Both the position numbers and the translations under genes were made by a program. A DNA stretch of 64,000 bases from Felis catus (Eukaryota). The notes under the pieces are model-generated. The model was not told the origin of the DNA and made no database searches. It saw nothing but the letters and a program-made list of their open reading frames with translations. The stretch spans positions 111,602,001 to 111,666,000 of the forward strand of contig NC_058373.1 of the NCBI RefSeq assembly GCF_018350175.1. The letters are read 5' to 3'. Of this stretch, positions 41,779 to 55,356 are shown in pieces; positions within the stretch are counted from its first letter, which is position 1; every line of letters begins with the position of its first letter.

Positions 41779-42853
41779 TAATCATAGTCATTTAAAATTC
41801 CTGGTCTGATAATTCCCAAATCTCTGCCATGTATGAGTCTGGAACTGACAGTTGCTTTGTCCCTTCAGTCTGTACTTTCTGCCCTTAGCATGTCTTATAA
41901 TTTTTTCGTTGAAAACTGGACATGACATATCAGGTAAAAAGGAACTAAAGTAGATAGGCCTTTGTGTTTATCTGGCTAGGAGTTAGGCTGTGTTTACTCT
42001 TAGCTGTAACTATGTATCAGATGCTAATTTTTCCTCTAGTATTCCTGTTTTTGTCTCCCCTATTGTTTTTAGATATTCTTAGAGACTCCTTAAATAGGCA
42101 GTTCTTTTAGCTGTACTCCTTTGTTATTATTCAGTAGCCCTATTGATGTGGTGGTATAGTATGGGTGAAGGGATATTCTGTAGTCTTATGATTAGATCTG
42201 TTTCTTAGTGAATGTGAGATGGCTATTTCTTCTCCCCCAGGTTGGTTAGTGTTTGGTAAAACCTCAGTATGTTAAGTTCTTCCTCAAGGAGAACAGAAAG
42301 CTTGCTGTAGATAAACTGAGCTAATATGTGAAAATTCTCAGAAAGTAAAAATAACTACAATATGATAGTAATGATCACAAATAGCATTAACAAGAGATAT
42401 GAAAATGTTAGTTTTCAATGTAACATTTAATTCATTTGTATGTTTTCTGCTATGATATATAAAGATATTCTAAATGAGATTCTTATAAATTAATTTCATT
42501 ATCTAATTCAAGTTAATATACAATGTGAAACCCACACAGTTCTGAATGAACGGACAGACTTTGTTCTAACAATAAAACATACATACAAGATGCCTAAGCA
42601 TAATTTCCAGTTCCACCAGGCTCTTTTCATCATGTAAAAATTAACTATAAATTTCTAATATTATTTAATAACTAAAATGTGAATTCTGTTGTGTTTGTCA
42701 CTCTCAAAAATAATCCTTTATGTCCAGGAAATTAGGTTCAGCTCCCTGGAAAAGTATACATGTAGTCAAAACAGTATAACAAAAGCAAGAATATTATCTT
42801 CTTTCCTGCCATGTCCTATTTAAGTAGTGTATACTTAAAAAATGGATAATGGA

Positions 42854-43065
42854 GGGGCGCCTGGGTGGTCCAGCCAGTTAGTCATCCAACCTCTTGATTT
42901 CGGCTCAGGTCATGATCTCATGGTTTATGAGTTCAAGCTCTGCGACTGATAGCTCAGGGCCTGCTTGACATTCTCTCTCCCTCTTTCTCTGCTGTCCCCC
43001 TGCACACACTAGCATGTGCTCACTCTGTCTCTCTCTTTCTCTCTCTCTCAAAATAAGTAAATATA
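42854..43065 (+). mobile_element. Carnivore SINE (older)
   Basis: ggggcgcctgggtgg head, CT tract and flanking ataatgga repeats. Confidence 0.85.
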
Positions 43066-44149
43066 ATAATGGATCCAAAGCAGAATGCCTATACATTTCT
43101 CAAGTACTTTGCAAGCAACAAGAAGAATAGAAGTATTAAATAAATATAGCTTAGCAAGTATTTATATACCATTTTCCAACTATTTGTTATTTAAGAGACT
43201 TAAAAAGGCAGGACCTCAGTAATAATGACTGTTTTACATTGTAAAGCGGTAAAACTGATGATGTACTCCAATCTCAAAATTTATCAATAACATTTAGATC
43301 ATGAAGCTGAATGGTGGGGTCATCTACTAACTAGTTAAATTATTGTTTCCTACAATAGACTGTGGAATCTATATTAATTATAGTACTTTATATATTTAGT
43401 TCAATTCATTTTGTTTAATTAAATACTTTATGTTTTTTATGTACCTGGGATCGTGGTCATTGCTGAAGCAACAGGATAAATAGGTTAAGGTTTATATCCA
43501 TATTCCGTATTTGTAGGGGAGACAGATACATACAAAAACAATTATAAACAGCTTGGTAAATGCAGTGATAGAGATACATAAATGGATGATTCTAAAAATT
43601 GCCCTATGTTCTAAGAGTTAAGTTCCTAAAATTTTAAATTCCTAAAAGCCAAAGTTTACTATATACCAGTTATTAATTCCCTATGTCCTATCTAATATCA
43701 CCTATTTGGGGAATATAGCCCTGCTGTCTTATATGTATCATGTGGCCACTCCTCCCTTCCTGCACATGTGTGCATGCGTACACACATACACACATATAAT
43801 CACAGCTTTACAAGCCAGTGTGATTACCTGACTCTGGAAAACTAATCCTTTAGGCTGGGCTGTGCCAATAAGATTCTCTTTTGAGAGGTAATCCAATCTT
43901 GTAGGTGAGCACTCTAACTCTGGAGTCTGATGGATGTGGATTCTAACTCCTTCACTAGTCATCTATAAGTACTTCCCCTATAGGGTCAGTTTGGTAATTA
44001 AAAGAAATAATGTTCATAATGTTCATATATACTACCTAACACAGGCCTCAGTAAATGTTAATATTATTACAACACAGAGACTAGCTTATCTGAGGGTGAA
44101 ACTAAATTGTAAAGTCTGTAGACTGAAGCTGATATCTACAAGATGAGCC

Positions 44150-44383
44150 TTGAGCAAGAGAGGAGTTAATTAGCAGAAAGGAGGATGTAGCTGAGCCACA
44201 CAGACCACGTGGCCACAGAAACATGGTGCGAATTACAGGTTTCCCGTCTCTTGAGGTACAGTTGTACTTCCTGCTTTTTGTTTCTTGGCAAATTCCCTTG
44301 TATTCTTTCAGTAATTTCCTTTTTACTTGGGCTAATTTGACTAGGTTTCTGTTCTTTGCAACCAGTGATCCTTGGCTTAAACA
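44150..44383 (+). mobile_element. ERVL-class LTR 3' part (LTR33-like)
   Basis: tgtacttcctgc...tcccttgtattctt...ggtttctgttctttgcaacca...ttggcttaaaca resembles an ERVL/MaLR LTR end. Confidence 0.5.
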
Positions 44384-44959
44384 GTTTTCAATGAATATTT
44401 TGTTGTTGTTTGACATTGGTGAGAGGAAATAGTGCATACAAGATTTGTTCTATTAAAACAACTATGTAGTAATAGCTTCCGAACTCCAATATCCTTATTT
44501 TATGAATTCTACTCTAACCAATCAAGCATTATCAGCAGGCATAAGTAATATTCTATTCTTCCTACTCTTACCCTTTTCTGTTTCTATATGTATCTACCTT
44601 TTATCTCCATATTGCAAGGAAAAGAAATAATAGTTTGTTGGTACACAAAGAAAAAGCATCCTTTAGAGCCAAAATGTAGCATAGTTTTATTATCTTATAT
44701 ATGTTATTTCCTGTGCATTGAAGCCTACAAAAGGGCATTGGGGTCATAACACTGATTAATCCAGGTAAGTACTCTGATTTAACAGTTCTCAGTGACATTT
44801 TATAGGAGATAATAGTTGTCCTTTGTGCTGCCATGATATGAACATTCATATTTTACCCCAAACATATCATTTCTGGTTTAAGTTATCTTCTCTTGGGATA
44901 ATGAGTTCTGTAAGAATTCTACCTATTGTGTAAAATTAGGCTTTATTTTGTTTATTCTT

Positions 44960-45174
44960 TTTTAAAATGTTTATTTATTTTTGAGTGGCAGAGAGAGAGA
45001 GCACGAGCAGAGGAAGGGCAGAGAGAGCAGGAGACACAGAATCCAAAGCAGGCTCCAAGCTCTGAGCTGTCAGCACAGAGCCAGACACGGGGCTCAAACC
45101 CATGAACTGTGAGATCTGGGATCATGACCTGAGCCGAGTCAGACGCCCAACCCACTGAGCCATCCAGGCGCCCC
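44960..45174 (-). mobile_element. Felid SINE
   Basis: TSD tatttt(g/a)tttattctt at 44944-44959 and 45175-45190. Confidence 0.92.
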
Positions 45175-45516
45175 TATTTTATTTATTCTTAAACTACTTC
45201 TTTCAAACACCATTGAAATATCCCTAATTCTAAGATGTGGTGAACACATTTTGAACACCTTGTTTAAATCTGACATTATTCCATGATTTTATACACTTTA
45301 AGCATATAACTCTCAGCTCTCATTTTTTTCAGGTAGATGAGAATCATCCTGTTGTCATTTGAAAGATTTCCATCCTCCTAAATATTATTTCTCTTTGTTC
45401 TTGAGATGTAGTGGTTTAACTGAATGAATTTATTAATATATAAATACAGTTGTGATTGTCCCCATTCATTTATGTTCAACTAAATGACCTATTGAATTGA
45501 CTTAAAATTTACTTTG

Positions 45517-45715
45517 AGGGTGCCTCGGTGGCTCAGGTGGTTGAGCATCCGACTTCGGCTCAAGTCATGATCTCACAGTTCGTGGGTTCAAGCCCTGCGT
45601 CGGGCTCTGTGCAGACAGCTCAGAGCCTGGAGCCTGCTTTGGATTCTGTGTCTCTGTCTCTCTGCCCCTCTCCTGCTCCCTCTCTCGCGCTCTCTCTCAA
45701 AAATAAGTAAATGTT
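45517..45715 (+). mobile_element. Felid SINE
   Basis: gggtgcctcggtggctcag head. Flanking aaat(t)tactttg repeats. Confidence 0.9.
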
Positions 45716-46689
45716 AAATTACTTTGTATCACCTTTAAAAGTCCTTTCTCTGATCTTTTTTAATCTTTTAGAAATTCCACTGACATGAATAAAGTTAATT
45801 ATTATAATAATCAAGGCTGAAATTTGTTTCTGAAATACAAAATATTTGTATTTATTTTGTGATTCATTTTGGATAGCATCTGTTATTATAGCCTGAATTT
45901 TGGACCGTGTCATCAGAAGTAGATACTTCAATTAATAAGGTTTTCGGGAGCAAGTTGAAAGTTGTGCATTTTTATTTATTTGTAAATTTACCACTTAAGA
46001 AATGAAAGGAGGAAATATTTTTTAAAAGCAGACATATTTTAGACTGCAAAATATTTTTGCTTTAATGTTTAATAGTTGAAAATAAGTATGTTAATGGATA
46101 ATGAGAATGGTTTACACATTTAATAAATCTCCTTATGATAACTGCTTTTTAGATTCTTTGTTCTGAAGTAGGCTATTTCTCTTTCATGGAAAAGTTATTA
46201 TATATTCTTATTAGGAAATAAGACTGTCATAGGTTGGCTAATTCACATTCTGTTTATAATCAAATTGTGAAGGTATTATTAAGTCTTAGCCATGAGCTGT
46301 AAGTTGACTAAAAAGCACCCTAATTGTTTCATACAAATAATTTAAATTTGAGATAATCTTTCTTTAGCTATTATTTTTGTTTCTTCGGGGCTCCTAGTAT
46401 GAACCTAAAATGACAATGAATGAAGTTGTTTTGTTTAGTGACAATTTAATTGCTTAATATGTGTACATATGATCAGTGTTTAAAGTTTATGTCTTTTACT
46501 TAATATTAAATTTCTGGATCTAGTGCCTACTGTACAGAGAGATCTGGACCTTACCCATTGGTGTTTGCTCTCTTCCTTTGTCCCTGCCCCTCCCTCCTTT
46601 TTAAATAAATTCCATGCGGAGTCACTTTTGCTTTCTGTGAAACTGTAAGATAACGGAATAGGGTGGTGTAAATTTTCAAATTCTGGAAT

Positions 46690-46880
46690 TAGAATGTTTG
46701 GCTTCAGCTCCTGTTTCTGACTGCTAGCTGGATGACCTTGAGCAAGTTACTTAAATTCATCTGTAAAATGGGGATAAGAGGGTACTGACTTCACAAAGAC
46801 TTTGTGGATTAATTGGGATAATGTATGGAAAACATTTAGTGTAATGCCTGGCATGTAGTTGTTGCACAATAAATGTTAGT
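46690..46880 (+). mobile_element. MIR relic
   Basis: tagctggatgaccttgagcaagttacttaa...catctgtaaaatggggataa...aatgcctggcatgtag...caataaatgttag. Confidence 0.8.
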
Positions 46881-48831
46881 CTTTAATTAAAGTTGCTGAT
46901 AGGGAGCTGAGCAGGAGAGCCATGGATGCAAGAGCTATTTTAGAAATAGCCTGCATGGGTCACTTAAAAGGAGTAAAGCATATGAAAAGAACAGATTCTG
47001 GACCCTCATCCCTGCCAGAATTTTTATGATTTGAAATGAACATAGGATTATGGTAAAATAATAGCCTCTGATTTGAAGATTTACCAGGTAAAACTTTGGG
47101 GCCTGTTGATAGATAACTACAGGTTAAAAAATATGTTGCAGATGATGAGAAATAGTAGATCACCTTCTTGGCAGGGAAGTGACAGAAGTATTCCTTTGCA
47201 CATCCTAGTCTAGGTCCTAAAGAAGGTTGTGGTGGTGCTGTCCCTGTTTAAAGAATAAATGAAAAATGTCATGGGAACGATAGTGTGAAGTATTAAATCT
47301 GTACGAAGTATTATGTTTTGTAAGCAGTAACAAGAAAAGGACTACTTCTCATGGTCTCAGACATCTCCTTGCCCTATTTGCTACATTTGTCTTCCTCCTC
47401 CTTCCCCTTTGCATGCTCCATTAGTTAGTTCAGGTTTCATGCCTTTTGCCTCAGAGTTCTTTCTCTTCGTATAGATATTCCCTGCTCTTCTCCCAGTTAA
47501 ACCAGAAAGGGCAAAATACAGCCACTTTTTGAGTAATGTCTTTATAGTATTTATCTCAGCTATGTCACCAGAGGCTATAGATTGTAAAGTATTAGCTCTC
47601 TTCTTTCTAGAGACTTAACCCAGAAGAGGAGAAAGGGAGGGTCAGCTAACTTATACCAGATTGGCAGCCACAGTGACAGCAGAAGCTGTGGCATGGCACA
47701 TAAATCTATATCCCACCACCCCCCCCCCCATCTTTTTCCACTTTTTCCACAGTGGAAGTGAGGCAGGTGGGAAAGAAGACAGACTGTGCAGTCTGAGGTG
47801 GCAGCAAATTAAAGATGGGAATGGTGGCAGGGTGACTTTGGAGCTGCTAGTACTTTGTGGATTGGTTTGGCATACAAAATGAGGGAGATTTGCTACTCCA
47901 ATCCCGGTTTCAGTAGAAGCCAAGATGTTTGTCTGTTTTATCAACAATTTGTATAGTGCTTTAGCACGTTGCTTACTACACTTGATTAAGTTGTCTTCTC
48001 TCCTAATATCCCATCTTAACTGTTTTCTTATGACTTCCAACACGACTGTATTTTCATTTTCTTCTCTCCCAGGATAGCCAGAAGTCCTACTTATAATTCT
48101 TGTGTTTTAGGGCATTAGGATTGACCTATACTCTATCATCAGGAAACTCAGATTAGGCCTTCCTGATTTAACCTTTGAGTGATAATTTAGCAGAAAAATC
48201 ACAAAGAGCTGTAAGTCCAAAATGAAACATTATATTCCTAACTCCAACCAAGTGCTAATCACAAAGGCTGCTATAAAATTGCCCCAAAGTAAAAGGGAAC
48301 ACAGCATGACAACAGACATCTCTGTGCTGTGAGATCCTGGTGGTATGTCAGTATACTCAGTCATCATTTTCAGGAATTCTCAAGGGATAAAAGTCTATTA
48401 TTACCTGGAGGTCCTTCCTCCTGCCTGTTGCTTTCAAGGAGAGTAACATGTGGTGAAGGAATAAGAGGAATATGAAAATGGAATTGTGATTTTTTTTTTT
48501 TTTTACGAGAATGGGGGAAAGAGAGTTTGGAGTTTGGCTCTTGAATAATTCGATGAAATTAAGCTTTATCCTTTTTTTGTACTGCTTTCCATTCCTCTAT
48601 TTTTTTGTCCCCCCCCCCCACCCCCACCCCATGAGAAAAGCTATAGTAGAATTCTTTGGGATCCTTTGAGTTAGGAGTTTCTAATTTAGGGAAAAGTACT
48701 AAATGATTAAAAAACAACTGAAAAACTCCCCCAAACCTCCATGTAGAGTTACTTGTTTTCATGGAAATTCGTCACGTTTATTTCCATTTTTGCTTCCCAT
48801 ACAGTTTTTTTCAAATGTTTGTTCTGGTTCA

Positions 48832-48932
48832 AATTTTTATTTAAACTCTGGTTAGTTAACATAGAGTATAATATTGGTTTCAGGAGTAGAATTCAGTGAT
48901 TCATCACTTCCATATAACACCCAATGCTCAAC
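48832..48932 (-). mobile_element. ~100 bp carnivore L1 3' terminus
   Basis: Shares gttagttaacata...gtttcaggagtagaa...gtgattcatcactt.catataacacccaatgctca with 35618-35812. Confidence 0.75.
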
Positions 48933-50414
48933 ATACATGGAGTTATAGGACCTGTGCAATGTGAATCATCAGAGAAACTGTTGGCACTGTCCCATTTATG
49001 AGCAAGCTGTGGACTGTCTAGAATCTTAGCAAAGTGACTTATGTATGTATATAAAATTTAAATGACTAAATTTGTTTCAGAACATGCAGAATGACTGCAA
49101 GGAGCCTTCTGTTTAGTGAAATGAAGCAAAAAATCTCTTTGCTCTCTTTTCTTTTGATACTGTCCTGCCTGCATTATCCTGAACTGCATAACTCACTAAG
49201 ATATTACGTATTTTCCATTAGCCGTTCTTTCAGTCCCCTATCCAGAGTTAAGTCTGTCAGAGTAACATTGAGGTCAGTGAACCATGAGTCTGGTTGCCTT
49301 TGCAAGGCATTTCTGTGCTAGTAAAAGCAGCAAATACCTCATAAGAATGCTGCACAATCATTCCCATACTGTGATATGCTAATTCTTAAGAATGTTGCTA
49401 ACACTGCACTTTGTTTCATATGATTGAATTTAGAACTTTCACTCAATTGGTTGAAGGCTTCAAACTGGCAGTAATAACAGTCTTTTGAGTTGTTGCTTAA
49501 GTAGAGCAGTGATGGAATTCATATGGCAAGCGACAGTTGCTCATTCAAGTTCAAGAAAAAAATCTCTGTCAGCCGCAATGGTTGAAAAACAAAAGGAAAG
49601 AAAGTAGCCCAGCTGTTTGCTTTTTAATAGTATATCTTTCCTTCGTGTTTTAGATGAGAGCAGAGCACAGTCATTCATTAAATGAAGGTATAAATATTAA
49701 TGTCATCATTGTTAAAAATCCTGAAGAACAGACCTCACACATTTATGTGATTTTTTTTTTTTTTAATGTCCATCTTATTGTGTCCAAGTAAAATCAAGAA
49801 AATCCCCTGGTCCCTGAAGGGGTCTCACCACAGCTAGTTAGCTTTCAGTCTTGGTGTCCTTTTACTTGTGCCTCCTGTAACAAGTCTCAGAGAATTTAGT
49901 ATGAATTTAATCAGCCATATTTGGCCACATAGTGATAAATAAAATGTAAATCCCAGAAGTCCAAATAATCTTCGTGGATGTAATTTAAGCATACAAACTC
50001 TTTGCTGTGACATGAACGGGAAGTATTACTAGTTTAGACAACTTACTGCCATTCCGCGCTTTCAGCGTGGAACAGTCTTGTTCTTTGCTTTTAGTAAGGT
50101 TAGTAGTTATAGGATGTCAGAACTTTTAGGTAGCCAGAGTTGCTACCCTTCTATTTGAACATTTGTTGAATATTTAGAAAAGATAAAAGCTGCTTATTGT
50201 TCTGTTGCCTATGGTAAACAGTATGAATAAGATTTCCTTTGGGTGTAATATCTGTTTATATCTAGTATATTTGGGAGTATATCTTTGGCTCACTGAAATG
50301 GGCACTTTGATATGTTTTTCAGAGACTGTGATATTTTAGCAAATAATCTTTTCCTTGGTCAAATTCTAGCTAGCTTCTTGAGAATTGTTCAACAGAATTG
50401 ATCCTAGGGCAAAG

Positions 50415-50690
50415 AACTAACATTTTTTGAGAATTAGTATGTATCAGGCATTGTGCTCAGCTTTTTCCATGTAATAAATCATCCTTAAAATAACTCAGTG
50501 AGTAAGATACTGTAATTAATCCCGTTTTCCAGATGAATAAGTTGCTATTATCAATGCCATTTTCCAGATGAAGAAACTGGGGTGAAGTTAAATACAACTT
50601 ATCCAAAGGTACACAACTGTGAAATGATAGAGTATTTGAACAGTAGTTTTTGTCCTAACAAAGCCCATACCTATAATCACTATGCACTAC
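50415..50690 (-). mobile_element. MIR relic with internal duplication of ttttccagatgaa
   Basis: atgtatcaggcattgtgct...ccattttccagatgaagaaactgggg...aacttatccaaaggtacacaact. Confidence 0.65.
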
Positions 50691-51879
50691 ATACATGTGA
50701 ATAGGCTTTTGCTTGACCATATTTGTTTGATGTCTCTCCTTGTTCTAGCCTCAACTAGGGCCATGAATCTCAGCAGCTGACACAGTCTGTGGAAAGGCTG
50801 TTGGGTGTGATGGCATTTACTAACTATAACCATTCAAGGCCACCCTTAGGAAGGGAATTAAAACCTCATTCTACCCCTCTACACCTAGTTGAGAGAAGCC
50901 TGGACCTATGTGGATATTGAGGGCAACCTTCTTAAGAGTCTTGAGACCATAAAGCAGACAGCTTTTTTTGGTTGAGAATTGCCAAAAAGTTACTAATAAT
51001 CCCTACCTCACCCCAAGTGAAATTTGAGTTCCAGGTAGTGATGTCTTATTGGAGATTTTTCTCAACTGGCAACCCTATTCCAAACTTCTTTACCTTGACC
51101 ATTTTGGCTGTCTGAGGTTTATCCTCAAGAGATTCCACCCCCACCTCCCACCCCCCAGTTTAGTTGTGTTTCTCTCACAAGTCACTGAGTAGCAACTGAA
51201 GAAAGAAGACAGTAAATACAGAAGAAATCTCATGGACTAGGACCCAAAATCTTTTCCACCCCTGAAATGTTTTTCATGATAGCAGAACCTATTCATTCAT
51301 GGTAGATGTTAAGACCTTCCTATTGAAGTCTACTGATGATTAGTAATTCTAATTGACTAATTCCAGGGTAGGGTCTCTGTCTTAGGGCACAAGGAATGAT
51401 AATAGACTAATGCTTTTAAATGGAGTTGCCATGAATTGCTAGAGGGACTTGCCTGCAGCTGTGGACATCCTCCCTGTCAAAGAGATATCTATGCTACTGG
51501 CAGAGGGCTATAAGTGTACCAGCAAGCCTATTGAGTCTTCCCTGCCTTTGGCAGAGAATGACCATATGGACCAGAATTAGCAACAAGAGGAGGTAGTCTT
51601 GAAAATGAGTCCCTGAAATAATTAATAGTGGTCATATCAGTTCAAGTTGAGCTGAGCTGTCAGTTGTATAATTCCTAGGCTAGTTTGCTCTGATTCTTTA
51701 CAAATGCATAGTGCTGACTTTTGTATGACTTGCACATATAAAACATTCTCTTGCTGGAAAGTTAATACAGTGCTTTTTTTTTTTTTTTTTTTTTAACACT
51801 AACATCTTAATAGAATGACAAGGCACTCTTGATTGATCAAAAGGGAACATACTTAAATGCTTTGAAATATATACATATA

Positions 51880-52106
51880 GGGGCGCCTGGGTGGCGCAGT
51901 CGGTTAAGTGTCCGACTTCAGCCAGGTCATGATCTCGCGGTCCGTGAGTTCGAGCCCCGCGTCAGGCTCTGGGCTGATGGCTTGGAGCCTGGAGCCTGTT
52001 TCTGATTCTGTGTCTCCCTCTCTCTCTGCCCCTCCCCCGTTCATGCTCTGTCTCTCTCTGTCCCAAAAATAAATAAAAGTTGAAAAAAAAAATTAAAAAA
52101 AAAAAA
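51880..52106 (+). mobile_element. Young felid SINE (near-identical subfamily, copy 3)
   Basis: Perfect TSD gaaatatatacatata at 51864-51879 and 52107-52122. Confidence 0.95.
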
Positions 52107-53008
52107 GAAATATATACATATAGTTTTCAGAAAGCAGAATGCAATATAAGTAATGTGGTAAACAATAGAGCCTAATCCTGGCCCCTTTATTAGCTGTATT
52201 ATTACTTGGAGAAATTCGCTTAACCTCTCTAGTTTGTTTCCTCTGTAAAATGAGGGAGTTTAAGTAAATTTGTGTTTCTCAAACTCTGAATCTACCACAG
52301 ATTACTAGAGATTAATTTAGGTGGCATATGTGAGATAATTTCAGACAGTTTCCTGATAAAAGATTAAAACAACCATTGAGTTGAATAGTTGAAAAAGTTA
52401 TTTCTTTTTCAGCCCTTCTGATTATGTCAGACAAATTCTCAATTTAGTGTCAGGAAATCTTTGCAATAGTTCTTTAACACTGGATAATTGTTTGGGGGTG
52501 GAGATGGGTGGGAACAGGCACGGGGAATCCTCCAATTCCTCAAGACGTTCTATAGAAGGGTAATTAATTCCATTCCTTCAAAGGGGAAAGTGCTGCAGTG
52601 CTTTTTTTGCTTCTGTCTACCTCATTTCCCTTCCACTTGAAAGGAAAGTAGTGTGTACAACTGGTGAGTTTAGGGGGAGGAACAAATGTGTGAGACATAG
52701 CCCTGTCTGGCTTCTCTCATGGCACAGCCCATTCTCAGAAGGCATGCTCTTCCTCCTCCCCAGTGTACTAGGCCTTGCTTGACAGACTCATTTTAGGATG
52801 GGGATTGGGTGGAAACTATTAGAAAACCCATAAGGCCGTAAATTCAAAGAATAAACTACATTCTTTAGTTCATCCTTATTGGTAATCAAGCTGATATTTT
52901 GATTGCCATTTTATTCTTCTCTCTCTCATTTGGTTTGAAACTCATAGGAGATGTAAGGGGAAAAGCAATTATACACCCCTTTAACCTCACTGATAATCTC
53001 TTCTTTTA

Positions 53009-53224
53009 TTCAACGTTTTTTTTTTATTTATTTATTTTTGGGACAGAGAGAGACAGAGCATGAACGGGGGAGGGGCAGAGAGAGAGGGAGACACAGAATC
53101 AGAAACAGGCTCCAGGCTCCGAGCCATCAGCCCAGAGCCTGACGCGGGGCTCGAACTCACGGACCGCGAGATCGTGACCTGGCTGAAGTCGGACGCTTAA
53201 CCGACTGCGCCACCCAGGCGCCCC
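53009..53224 (-). mobile_element. Young felid SINE (near-identical subfamily, copy 4)
   Basis: Perfect TSD gataatctcttctttta at 52992-53008 and 53226-53242. CpGs largely intact. Confidence 0.95.
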
Positions 53225-54086
53225 AGATAATCTCTTCTTTTAATAGAAATCTGGCCTGAGCTCAAGGCCCTTCATAGGGAATAGTATCTATATAGAATTT
53301 AATGATATGGTTTCATTTTTAGTGAAGTTATACTTCTAGTTGCCATCTATAAAATAAATTCATGTAAGTTTTAAAATGAATTTTTAAAACATTAATACAG
53401 ATAATACATGGATATGGTAAAAATTATAAAGTGAATACATAAATGACTAAAGTTTAGAAACCAGTAAGCATTGATCATTTCTAATCTAGGATCTGTTCCA
53501 GATTTAAATTCTTTTGAATATAAATGCCAGTAGAATAAAAACTGTTGGGTGGTAAACCAAGTAAAAAAAGGAACCTTCTAACCATAGCATATACTATGTT
53601 ATTTTCATTTGTTTTAAAATATATCATTACTGAGGAAGCTAACCTTTTTTTTTCATTAATAAATACCCTTTTCTTAATATTTTACTAGGCAGTTGAGTAT
53701 TGATATCTTTTTGATAACACATTTTTTTGGTGATGGTATTTTATTTTATTTTTCTTCCACGAAAGTAGTCAGTTCTGGGTAAGGTTTTTCGAACTAGAAA
53801 TCTTGGAGGACACGAACCATGCTATCACTGTATACTCTACCTCATACAGTGTTTGGCATATAGCAGTGTTCAATAAATATTTGAACAAGTGAAGTGAATG
53901 CATGAATGAAGAATGAACAAAGAACCAACAAAAATAAACTACATTCTCTGTCTTAAAGATATAGGCATAGTTTCGATTTATTTCTTAAAGCTGTCAATAG
54001 GACTAGCTGTAAGAAAGTTGAGGCCTTGGGGCAATCAGTGAAAGACAGAGCTACTTAAACAGAGCATTTAGAATAACCCTGTTAGA

Positions 54087-54306
54087 GGGGTGCCTGAGTG
54101 GCTCTGTCGGTTAAGCGACCGACTTCAGCTCAGGTCATGATCTCATGGTTTGTGAGTTCAAGCCCCGCGTCTGGCTCCGCACTGACAGCTCAGAGCCTGA
54201 ATCCCGTTTTGGATTCTGTGTCTCCCTCTCACTCTGCCCCTCCCCTGCTCACACTCTCCCTTTCCTTCAAAAATAAATAAACATTAAAAAAAAAAAAAAA
54301 AAGAAG
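54087..54306 (+). mobile_element. Felid SINE
   Basis: Head, CT tract and A-tail. Degenerate TSD agaataaccctgttaga / agaagaaccgtgttaga. Confidence 0.9.
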
Positions 54307-55125
54307 AAGAAGAACCGTGTTAGAAAGAAATCTCAAAAAGAAGGTAGCCCTATTAATTTTGCTTTTATTTATGGTCATATAAAAGAAGTTAGATTGTTTC
54401 TTTCTTTCTCTCCTTTTTATAAAAAAGAACTGTTTTCTCTTCCTTTTTTTCCTCTCATTCATGTGCTATGTCTCTTATCATGTCCATATCACAGAAAGCA
54501 CCCAATTTCTCTTGCCTTTGGGAGATTATTAGAGCTTAATTTAAAGTGCAGCTTACTCTTTCCCCATACACTCTTAATTATAGTATCTTGTCTGATAAAG
54601 GTGCCCACCTCTGTCTTAACCAGTACCCCAGATGAACTGCAGTGCTGGTGGTAAATTTTTTTAGTGACATCTATTCATGCAACAAATGTCATGTTTCAAG
54701 GGCTTTGTTCTAAGAGTCCTGAAATGAGTTTTACATGTCAGAGAGAGAGAATATTAACCAGATGTTTTTAATTTTTAGTTATGCCAACCAACTTTCTTAT
54801 AATCATGTAGTTTGAGTGATTACATTTCCAGATGATGAGATTTACTATAAAACACTTTGCATATATGCAGAAAAACAGAATTTGAGGACTGTGTTCCATT
54901 CTGGTGAATACATTTTAAAAGTCTTCTAGGTTTATTCTCTACAAGTGCATTCTTTCTTTAATGGTCCAGTGATTAACTGGAATTATTTTGTATATTCAGG
55001 TTAATATTTTCTGTTATTGAAATTTTAATTCAGTACATTTTATATTTATAAAATTTCTCTGCCTGGTATCTTCATGTCTTCTAGTTACTACTATGTGGTC
55101 TTCGATATCTAAGGTTGCTGGCTTA

Positions 55126-55356
55126 GGGGCGGGCGCCTGGGTGGCTCAGTCAGCTGGGCGTCCAACTTCGGCTCAGGTCATGATCTCACTGCTTGTGAGT
55201 TCAAGCCCCGGGTCTGGCTTTGTACTGACAGCTCAGAGCCTGGAGCCTGCTTCAGATTCTGTGTCCCACTCTCTGCCCCTCCCTCACTCATGCTCTGTTT
55301 CTCTCTCTCTCTTAAGAATAAATAAAACATTAAAAAAATAATAAAGTAATTAAAAT
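55126..55356 (+). mobile_element. Felid SINE
   Basis: TSD aa(g/a)gttgctggctta at 55111-55125 and 55357-55371. Duplicated 5' end ggggc-gggcgcc. Confidence 0.92.

Larger units (their letters stand above)
35025..42290 (-). mobile_element. Large old L1 (L1MC-like, ~7 kb including nested inserts)
   Basis: 3' terminus ttagaacagttatacatttacagaaaaattt...aaagtacagagtccccatat. Continuous T-rich antisense ORF2/ORF1 remnants include KSQNIWKLNNTLINN (39309..39500 -). The 5' boundary is approximate. Confidence 0.75.

Noticed and set aside
47651..48043. 130-aa - strand ORF in apparently unique sequence
   Set aside because: No recognisable domain, non-ATG start and no clear splice context. The length is within chance expectation.
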